This document shows positions 8,309 to 15,896 of a stretch of 26,240 bases of DNA, piece after piece. The translations under genes and the position numbers were made by a program. The DNA comes from Methanothrix sp. (GTDB lineage: Archaea; Halobacteriota; Methanosarcinia; Methanotrichales; Methanotrichaceae), in contig JAXGJB010000039.1 in NCBI GenBank assembly GCA_040770465.1, forward strand, positions 1 to 26,240, in the 5' to 3' direction. How positions within the stretch are numbered: the first letter of the stretch is position 1; the number at the start of each line of letters is the position of its first letter. The notes under the pieces are model-generated. The model worked only from the letters and a program-made list of their open reading frames with translations, did no database searches and was not told the DNA's origin.

Positions 8309-11300
8309 ATGATTCGAGTTCTTATGGTGGACGACGATCCCGCGGTCCTGGAGATAACCAAGATATTCCTCGAAAGGTCCGGAGAGATCGGGGTCGATGC
8401 CGTCGAATCGGCCGAAGAGGCGACGAAGAGGCTTGATGACGGGCACTACGACGTCATAGTCTCCGATTACGTGATGCCCGAGATGGACGGCATATCATTT
8501 CTTAAATTCGTCCGAAGCCGGGACCCGGAGGTCCCCTTCATCCTCTTCACTGGAAAAGGGCGGGAGGAGGTGGTGATCGAGGCCCTCAACAACGGAGCCG
8601 ACTACTACCTCCAGAAGGACGCAAACCCCAGGGTCCTCTACGCAGAGCTGACCCACCAGATCCGCCAGGCGGCAGAACGGCAGAAGACGAAGAGAGCCGT
8701 CCGCGAAAGCGAGGAGAAGTACAGGGCCCTCTTTGAGAACATGAACGAGGGCTTCGTCCTCTACGAGTTCGTCCGCGACCCCGACGGCGTCCCGACCGAT
8801 TACGTCGTCAAGGACGCAAACCCCCTGATCGGCCTGATAGCCGACGTCGAGCCGGAGGAGGCTATGGGAAAGAGGTCGACCGAGATATTTCGGTCGGAGA
8901 CGCCCCCATTTCTGGAGATCTACTCGAAGGTGGACGAGACGGGATATTCCGCAAAGTTTGAGACGTTCTTCCCCCTGACCGGCCGCTATTTCAGAATCTC
9001 CGCCTTTTCCATCGGGAGAGGACGGTTCGCGACCATTTTCTCCGACATCACCGAGCAGAGGAGGATGGACGAGGAGCTCTGCCGGGCTCACAAGCAGCTT
9101 TTTGACATCATAGACTTTCTTCCGGACCCGACCTTCGTCATCGACCAGAACAGGAAGGTTATCGCGTGGAACCGGGCGATCGAGGAGATGACGGGCGTTC
9201 CCAAAGAAGATATCATCGGAAGCGGCGCCCGCTCCTACGCCGAGCCCTTCTACGGATTCGAGAGGCCCATCTTGATCGATTCGATCTTCTCAGAGGACGC
9301 AAAGGTGGAGATGGAGTACGATTACCTTCGCCGGGAGGGAGATGCGATATATGCCGAGGTCTTCGTCCCTCACCTCTACGGGGGGAAGGGGGCCTACATC
9401 TCGACGATAGCATCACCCCTATTCGACGAGTTTGGAAATATAGCAGGAGCCATCGAATCGATCCGGGACGTCACCGAGAGGAAGCGGGCCGAGCTGGACC
9501 TCCGCGAGACCCGGGACTATCTGGACAGTCTCCTCCATTACGCCAACGCCCCCATCGCCGTCTGGGGGCCCAACATGAAGATCATCCGGTTCAACAGGGC
9601 CTTTGAACGGCTGACCGGCTACGCAGCCGATGAGGTCGTCGGCCAGGAGGCATCGATCCTCCTGCCCGATGAGGTCCGAGAAGAGGCCCTGGCAAAGATC
9701 TACTTCACCCTGGAGGGAGAGTGCTGGGAGTCGGTGGAGATCCCCGTCCGCTGCAAGAACGGTGGGGTCAGGATCGTCCTCTGGAACTCGGCGAACATCC
9801 ACTCCGAGAAGGACGGAACTCTTGTTGCAACGATCATCCAGGGCCAGGACATAACCGAGCGAAAGCGGGCGGAGGAAAAGCTCATCGAATCCCACAAGCG
9901 ATTGCTGGACATCATCGATTTTCTTCCGGACCCGACCTTCGTCATCGACCAGGACAGGAAGGTGATCGCCTGGAACCGGGCGATCGAGGAGATGACGGGG
10001 GTGTCCGGGAAGGAGATGATCGGAAAGGGCGATTACGCTTACGGTGAGGTCTTCTACGGCACGAAAAGGCCGGTCCTCATCGACCTGATCTTCTCGAGGG
10101 ACGAAGAGCTTGAGGCCCTCTACAGCCACGTCAAGAGGGAGGGGGATACCCTCTTCGCCGAGTCCTTCGTATCTCCCCCCAGAGGGAGAAAAGGGTTTTA
10201 CGTCTGGGGAACCGCCTCTCCCCTCTTCGATAAGGAGGACAAGGTCGTGGGGGCGATCGAGTCGATCCGCGACGTATCCGAGATCAAGGAGACGGAGATG
10301 GCGCTTCAGGAGAACGAGGAGAGGATGAAGCTCGTCATCGAGGGTGCGAACCTCGGGATCTGGGACAGGAACGTTGAGACCGGAGAGGTGGTCCGAAATC
10401 GGCAGCTCGTCGAGATCTTCGGATACCCTGAAGACGAGCTGGAAGGTCGGATCGAGGAGAGGGAGAGGATGATACACCCCGATGATTTTAAAAAGGTAAT
10501 CTCCGCTCTCAACGACCACTTCGATGGGAGGACTCCTCACTACGAGATCGACTATCGGCTGAAGCGGAAGGACGGCCGGTGGATATGGGTCCACGATCGC
10601 GGCGAGGTGATGGAGAGAGACGCGGCCGGCCGCCCTCTGAGAATGGCGGGGATCACCCAGGAGATCACAGAGATCCGGCAGAACCAGGAGGCTCTACGGG
10701 AGGCGAACAGGAAGCTGAACCTCCTCAGCAGCGTCACCCGCCACGACATCCAAAACCAGATCGCTGGGCTATCGGGATACGCCCACCTCCTCAGCGAGAT
10801 CCTCCCCGAGGACCGGGCGATGCGAAAGTACATCGACCGGGTCATGGAGCTGACGGAGACTATCAGAAAACAGGTAGCCTTCACCCGGGACTATCAGGAC
10901 ATGGGGGTGGTTGCTCCCGAATGGCAGTCGGTCGAAGAGGTGGTCCGGCGGGCTGCAGAGTCTGCTCCCGTCGAGATCGGAAAAAAGCAGATCAAGCTCA
11001 ACATCACCACAGGCCCTCTGGAGATCTTCGCAGATCCGATGCTGGAGAAGGTCTTCTTCAACCTCCTGGAGAACGCCGCGAGACACGGTGGCGGCGTCAC
11101 CGAGATCCGGGTCTCCTTCCTCGAACGAAGGGATGATGGCGGCGGGGTCATCGTCGTCGAAGACGATGGCGTGGGGATACCGGCGGATATGAAGGCCCGG
11201 ATCTTCGATCAGGCCTTCGGGAGGCACACCGGCTACGGCCTCTTCCTCAGCCGGGAGATCCTGGGGATCACCGGTATGACCATCGCCGAGACCGGCGAGG

Positions 11301-11368
11301 AAGGGCGGGGGGCGAGGTTCGAGATATCGGTTCCGAGGGAGAATTATAGGTGGAGTCAGATAATCTGA
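8309..11368 (+). CDS. Hybrid sensor kinase: receiver domain, 5 PAS domains, HisKA, HATPase
   Basis: REC (VLMVDDD, VSDYVMPEMDG, FTGKG, YLQK), five PAS/PAC blocks ending DITE/DVTE-like, H-box TRHDIQNQ, N-box NLLENAARHG, G1 EDDGVGIP, G2 GYGL. GGAGGTGA RBS upstream. Confidence 0.95.
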   Translation: MIRVLMVDDDPAVLEITKIFLERSGEIGVDAVESAEEATKRLDDGHYDVIVSDYVMPEMDGISFLKFVRSRDPEVPFILFTGKGREEVVIEALNNGADYYLQKDANPRVLYAELTHQIRQAAERQKTKRAVRESEEKYRALFENMNEGFVLYEFVRDPDGVPTDYVVKDANPLIGLIADVEPEEAMGKRSTEIFRSETPPFLEIYSKVDETGYSAKFETFFPLTGRYFRISAFSIGRGRFATIFSDITEQRRMDEELCRAHKQLFDIIDFLPDPTFVIDQNRKVIAWNRAIEEMTGVPKEDIIGSGARSYAEPFYGFERPILIDSIFSEDAKVEMEYDYLRREGDAIYAEVFVPHLYGGKGAYISTIASPLFDEFGNIAGAIESIRDVTERKRAELDLRETRDYLDSLLHYANAPIAVWGPNMKIIRFNRAFERLTGYAADEVVGQEASILLPDEVREEALAKIYFTLEGECWESVEIPVRCKNGGVRIVLWNSANIHSEKDGTLVATIIQGQDITERKRAEEKLIESHKRLLDIIDFLPDPTFVIDQDRKVIAWNRAIEEMTGVSGKEMIGKGDYAYGEVFYGTKRPVLIDLIFSRDEELEALYSHVKREGDTLFAESFVSPPRGRKGFYVWGTASPLFDKEDKVVGAIESIRDVSEIKETEMALQENEERMKLVIEGANLGIWDRNVETGEVVRNRQLVEIFGYPEDELEGRIEERERMIHPDDFKKVISALNDHFDGRTPHYEIDYRLKRKDGRWIWVHDRGEVMERDAAGRPLRMAGITQEITEIRQNQEALREANRKLNLLSSVTRHDIQNQIAGLSGYAHLLSEILPEDRAMRKYIDRVMELTETIRKQVAFTRDYQDMGVVAPEWQSVEEVVRRAAESAPVEIGKKQIKLNITTGPLEIFADPMLEKVFFNLLENAARHGGGVTEIRVSFLERRDDGGGVIVVEDDGVGIPADMKARIFDQAFGRHTGYGLFLSREILGITGMTIAETGEEGRGARFEISVPRENYRWSQII

Positions 11369-11463
11369 TCTTGGCTTGTTCTTCCGGCTTCAGGGATAAT
11401 CCTGATCTATATGCTCGAAAAAACAGCATCTTGGGACAAATTGGAGATGCTAACACGTACAAT

Positions 11464-12891
11464 TCATGCTAGCTCTTTCCAGCACAATGGGTCCTCTGCA
11501 TACAGATCACCTGTATGCGCTAAGGCTGCAGCCCTGCACCCGCCATAGCACATGATCCCAAGATATTCACAATCGTTACAGTTGCCTTTAAGACTTCCTC
11601 GTGTAATATTTCTGAAGATATCAAATGTAGGTGAATTATCCCATATTTCCTTTAAATCGCTTTCTCTCACATTACCCGCTACAAGCTCACGTAGAAATGG
11701 GCATGGTGCAATTTTTCCATCAGGGGTTATATAAAAGCTTGAGGATCCAGCAGTGCAACCTATCTTTGATGAATTGTCAAGTTTCATCGATTCGAGGACC
11801 TTTTTGTCCAAGCCCTTAACAAGCCATGGATAATCCGTTTCACTGTTGATAATTATACTATTGCCTACTTCCTTCTTTTTTTCGATCATCATGTAGGTAA
11901 AATCCTTGGTATCCTGGCGTGTTAAGACGTATTTGTCTATATTGCTTTTTCCACGACCCGCAGGCATAAAAAGCGTTGTCTTGAACGAGGATATTCCCAG
12001 ATCGATAGCCATATCAATAATTCGAGGGATCTCGGACATATTCTGTTTTGTGACTGTAGAGCTAATTGAAACATTGTAGTTTGCATCTCTTAGAAGCTTT
12101 ATTGCATTGATAGCGCGTTCATAAGTTCCTTTCCTGCCTCGGAAGCTATCATGGGTTTCCCCGATCCCGTCGATGCTCACCTGAACGTTAAATATATTGC
12201 TATCTTCCAAACGAGTCAGCACTTTTTCTGTTATTAGAGCGCCATTTGTTAATAGATCAACTGAAAACTTTTTTTCTGAAGCATAATCAATAATATCAAA
12301 TATATCTGGTCTCATCAGAGGTTCGCCACCAGATAGATTTATATTAAAAACTTTCATAGCTTCAAGGCGATCTAATAGCTTCATCGCTTCCTGTGTGGTT
12401 AATTCATTTGGTAATGGCTTTCCTGCACTTGATAGGCAATGCTCACACCGAAGATTGCATGCACCTGTTATCTCCCAGATCACAAACAGAGGTGCAGATA
12501 ATATATCTTTTGATTTAATATTATTGTATTCTAAAAATCCAAAATCTATCGGCTTTTTGAGCTTTTCCTCATGCAAACGAATGGCGTATGTGTCTTTAAA
12601 GGAATTGATCGTTTTATCAACGAGCATATCTATATATTCTTCGGAATGATTAAGTTTGCCGCTAACGACCTTCTTAATCTCACCAACTGTGTAAGTTCCG
12701 TCACACATCTCCGCAATCCCAAACCTGACGTGATCCAATCTCGTTTCAGGAGGAAGGTACGGATTGAAGATAAATCCACCGAAGTGTTCCTCACGCAAGA
12801 CCATAAATGAATGCATAATGGGTATATTGGAATCATCCAGTTTTTGGGAATTGTTTGCTGATTGTTCACATTGTGCACAGGCTCTATCCAT
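11464..12891 (-). CDS. Radical SAM/SPASM-domain peptide or protein maturase with N-terminal PqqD/RRE-like domain
   Basis: WEITGACNLRCEHC (CxxxCxxC), SGGEPL, LTNG, QVSIDG..ETHD.FRG. SPASM motif C-X12-G-X4-C ... CNDC-X6-C-X3-C ... DPLC. N-terminal LREEHFGGFIFNP...AEMCDGTYTVGEI resembles PqqD/RRE. AGGTGA RBS. Confidence 0.93.
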   Translation of the reverse strand: MDRACAQCEQSANNSQKLDDSNIPIMHSFMVLREEHFGGFIFNPYLPPETRLDHVRFGIAEMCDGTYTVGEIKKVVSGKLNHSEEYIDMLVDKTINSFKDTYAIRLHEEKLKKPIDFGFLEYNNIKSKDILSAPLFVIWEITGACNLRCEHCLSSAGKPLPNELTTQEAMKLLDRLEAMKVFNINLSGGEPLMRPDIFDIIDYASEKKFSVDLLTNGALITEKVLTRLEDSNIFNVQVSIDGIGETHDSFRGRKGTYERAINAIKLLRDANYNVSISSTVTKQNMSEIPRIIDMAIDLGISSFKTTLFMPAGRGKSNIDKYVLTRQDTKDFTYMMIEKKKEVGNSIIINSETDYPWLVKGLDKKVLESMKLDNSSKIGCTAGSSSFYITPDGKIAPCPFLRELVAGNVRESDLKEIWDNSPTFDIFRNITRGSLKGNCNDCEYLGIMCYGGCRAAALAHTGDLYAEDPLCWKELA

Positions 12892-12964
12892 ATTCTCACC
12901 TCGCCCTATTAGTTCGTAATAGCTTCAGAAAAATGAAAATGAGATCTCCTGTCAGCATTGTCCG

Positions 12965-13624
12965 TTATTTTTTCATTTGGTCGACCATCTTCTTCAATGC
13001 TCTGGATAATTCAGGCCTTTGAATCACATTTTGGGTTATTCGCTCCTCTAGGACATCTAGATCGAAATCTATTCCTATACCTGCCGCGCAATATTCTTCT
13101 CCTTTTATGAGTGTCACGCAACCAGCTTTCAATCCAAAGAGTATGCAATCACTTTTGCACAGTATATATGGGTCCCCGAGCACTAAGTCAGACCCTTTGC
13201 ATACGTTAGATGTGCAAGAATCCCCATATACGCGATAGATTGCGCACGTAAAGTAAGAGCGCAGTTTTTTCGGGTCGTGGATAATCCCCCTACCACCAAC
13301 GTAATTTGTCGCGGCATCCATTAGCGTTTCCAGGGCGATACCTGCAAGCTTTTCTTTGATGATCGCGATTTCTTTATCAACGACGTCAGCATCAAATTCC
13401 GCGATGGCTTTTGACATTATGCTTGCCTTATCTTTGCCTTCCGGGATTGAGTCGTATACGCCTTTGATAGCCTTTTTTACTCTCGCTACATCATCAGCTT
13501 CTTCGGCTTTATCTGCTTCAATCATCATTTCACTAAGCGCCGCTGATAGCAGTACGGGATCAACTTTCCCCATTACAATCTTGGCTTTCTCGATATCGGA
13601 TATTACCACGTCTTCCTCTGTCAT
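12965..13624 (-). CDS. Hypothetical 219-aa protein with Cys-rich core; putative substrate/precursor of the adjacent radical SAM enzyme
   Basis: GGAGGGG RBS and upstream TATA box. All 7 Cys lie in residues 127-179, flanked by Cys-free charged helical regions. It lies 73 bp upstream of the rSAM gene on the same strand. The CDS is well supported; the function is inferred. Confidence 0.8.
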   Translation of the reverse strand: MTEEDVVISDIEKAKIVMGKVDPVLLSAALSEMMIEADKAEEADDVARVKKAIKGVYDSIPEGKDKASIMSKAIAEFDADVVDKEIAIIKEKLAGIALETLMDAATNYVGGRGIIHDPKKLRSYFTCAIYRVYGDSCTSNVCKGSDLVLGDPYILCKSDCILFGLKAGCVTLIKGEEYCAAGIGIDFDLDVLEERITQNVIQRPELSRALKKMVDQMKK

Positions 13625-13676
13625 CTTCTTACCCCTCCGTCTTTATTCAATTATAACAATTATTCATGCAATTGTA

Positions 13677-13692
13677 CTATATATAGTTTTTG
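13677..13692 (-). promoter_or_regulatory. Archaeal BRE + TATA promoter of the precursor-rSAM operon
   Basis: The minus strand reads caaaaac-TATATATA-g, about 55 nt upstream of ATG 13624. Confidence 0.6.
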
Positions 13693-14047
13693 AGAGTTTA
13701 TTAGAAAGATCTTCTACATTCACTTTTCATCTTCGTTATAGGTAGAAGGCTACTAGTGTTGCAAGTCTCTAGAATATCCTCGAATCAATAGTGCCGTTTG
13801 GTTCTTATTTGCCTGTCCTAGAGATCGACCAAAGAAATCATATCTTTATATATTTTTTTAAAAAATCATCTTGAACTTGATCTCGACATATAGATGAATA
13901 AAGCCATAGTCAGTGATTATTCAGTGGTTCACATTTACAACATTAAATCAATAAAAAGGACTATTCTTTATAATTATTAAAAATATTTTTATTAAAAGAG
14001 GGTGGGAAAGGAGCATTACAGTGAATAAATATATGTGAAATAATTAC

Positions 14048-14662
14048 TCACACCTCGCACTCCGCCAGGATCTCCGCCGCGAGCTTCCTCATCCTCTCCT
14101 CCCCAACGAATTCCCCCACAAGCCGGAGGGCGAACTCCATCGCCGTCCCCGCTGCCTTGCTGGTGACGAGCTTTCCCGAGACCACCACCCGATCGTCGAC
14201 GTACTGATCGTCGGTCAGGTCTTTCCGCCCGGCGGGGTGGATCGTCGCACGCCTGCCCCCCACGACCCCGGCCTTCACCAGGACCGAGGGCGCGCCGCAG
14301 ATGGCGGCAACGTACTTTCCCAGCCCATCCATCCGGCGGACGAGGTCGAGGACCCGCTCGTCATTGCCGAGGGTAACGAAGCCCGGATAGCCTCCGGGGA
14401 GGACGACGGCGTCGAAATCCTCGGGGTCGATCTCGTCGATGACAGCGTCGGGGACGATCCTGATCCCGTGGGACCCCTGGACGGTCCCGACCTCATCCTC
14501 GTCGGCCGTTCCTCCCTCCCCGGCCGCTCTATCTCTATTTCTCTCGCCGAGGCTTGCGGTCACCACCTCAACCTCGGCCCGTCTCAGGATGTCGACTATG
14601 GTGACAAACTCGATCTCTTCAAAGCCCTCTGCCAGGGGAACGACGACCTTCACGACCTTCAC
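14048..14662 (-). CDS. DJ-1/PfpI (ThiJ/YajL-like) family protein
   Basis: VPLAEGFEEIE, VDILRRA, DAVVLPGG, AAICGAP (nucleophilic Cys), VTSKAAGTAMEFAL. GTG start at 14662 follows an AAGGAGG RBS. Confidence 0.92.
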   Translation of the reverse strand: MKVVKVVVPLAEGFEEIEFVTIVDILRRAEVEVVTASLGERNRDRAAGEGGTADEDEVGTVQGSHGIRIVPDAVIDEIDPEDFDAVVLPGGYPGFVTLGNDERVLDLVRRMDGLGKYVAAICGAPSVLVKAGVVGGRRATIHPAGRKDLTDDQYVDDRVVVSGKLVTSKAAGTAMEFALRLVGEFVGEERMRKLAAEILAECEV

Positions 14663-14714
14663 AAGCTTCAGCCTCCTTTTTATCCTCAACGTTTATCCTT
14701 CATAGTTCTTAGCT

Positions 14715-15572
14715 TCACAGTTTCGTGAGGTCAAAGACCCACCGGCTGACGGACGGGGCGACGTTCCCGCACCGCCGATTAAAATCGACCGCCAGTCCCC
14801 GCCCCTCGAACTCTTTTATCAGCCCCCCGATCTGGCTGTGCCGCTTGAAGGTGTAAAAGGTGACCGCGCCGCCCGGCCTGACCAGGGGGCTTATGGAGTC
14901 CAGGATCTCGTCCCTCCCGTATGGCGTCGGGACAATGGCCCGATCGAACTTCTGCTCCGGACGCCTCGACTTCCCCTCGCTCCAGCCCTGAGATCTCCCC
15001 GCCATGGTCCGGCATAAGGCGAAGGCGTCGCAGTTCACGATCTCGACTTTGCCGTCGACCCCGTTCCGCCTCGCGTTCTCCGCCAGCCACCTGCAAGCCT
15101 CGGAGCTGATCTCCAGGGCCAGGACCCTCGCCCCCGCCGCGGCCAACGGTATGGCGAAGGGTCCGACCCCGGCGAATGGGACGATCACTCGCTCTCCGGG
15201 AACCGCCTTCGATGCGACCCTCATCCTCTCGGAGCCGAGGCGGGGGTTGAAGAAGACCCTGGCCAGGTCGAGGCGGTAAACAAAGCCGAACTCCCGGTGG
15301 CAGGTGACGGTCCCGCCGCCCGCCAGAACCTCGAACTCAGCGACCCTCCGCTCGCCCTCCAGCTTTGAGACCTTGTTCAGGACGGTCTTCACGTTCCTGT
15401 GACGGGCGATTATCGCCTCTCCGATCGGTCTCTTCAGCCGATCCAGCTCCTGAGGAATCGAGACGACGGCCACGTCACCGACGAGGGAGAAGCGGCTCGG
15501 AGCCAGGTCCAGCATCTCGCCGGGTACGATGCCGGAGAGCTCGTCACGAAGGCCCGTCCTCCTCCGGCTCAT
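14715..15572 (-). CDS. Class I SAM-dependent methyltransferase, Trm5/Tyw2 (Met-10+) like
   Basis: FSLVGDVAV, GERRV, HREFGFVYRLD...VFFNPRLGSERMR, PFAGVGPFAI, ENARRNGV. Likely start is ATG 15572. Confidence 0.85.
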   Translation of the reverse strand: MSRRRTGLRDELSGIVPGEMLDLAPSRFSLVGDVAVVSIPQELDRLKRPIGEAIIARHRNVKTVLNKVSKLEGERRVAEFEVLAGGGTVTCHREFGFVYRLDLARVFFNPRLGSERMRVASKAVPGERVIVPFAGVGPFAIPLAAAGARVLALEISSEACRWLAENARRNGVDGKVEIVNCDAFALCRTMAGRSQGWSEGKSRRPEQKFDRAIVPTPYGRDEILDSISPLVRPGGAVTFYTFKRHSQIGGLIKEFEGRGLAVDFNRRCGNVAPSVSRWVFDLTKL

Positions 15573-15896
15573 GGAGATCTCCCGACCTCCGAAAGACCGG
15601 CAAAAATTGTCATGCGTTTTATCCCCAGGATCTTCATCCAGGACCGTCATCCAAACAACCCTTGAAACTGTTTAACTTTAATCTGGCGATCGAAGAGGTG
15701 AGGATCAGGAAGGTGACCGATCCGCCCCTCAGAACTCCACCATCCGGAACCCTTTGCTCGCACCGTTTCTGCTGAAGGGGTCGAATTAAGTAGTTTGAAC
15801 GCCAAAGAATGGCAAGAGTTAGGGAGATGATGGCGGGATGAAAACGCAGGTGGGCGCGCGGTCCTCGCCGCCGAGAAAGGCGGAGGTGGATCGGCT

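Larger units (their letters stand above)
11370..14047. other. AT-rich accessory island carrying the radical SAM operon
   Basis: Composition switches abruptly from GC-rich to AT-rich right after the kinase stop and back at the DJ-1 stop. Both internal genes use many A/T-ending codons. No integrase or transposase is seen. Confidence 0.8.

Noticed and set aside
11464-12891. Calling the radical SAM enzyme mftC, pqqE or ahbD
   Set aside because: The core motif region is similar, but there is no MftA/PqqA-like peptide or other pathway gene nearby, and the fused RRE-like domain argues against the heme enzyme. No symbol was assigned.
14048-14662. DJ-1/PfpI as the leader peptidase of the radical SAM system
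   Set aside because: It has host-like GC content, lies outside the island, is separated by about 420 bp and a separate promoter, and looks like a YajL/ThiJ-type housekeeping protein.
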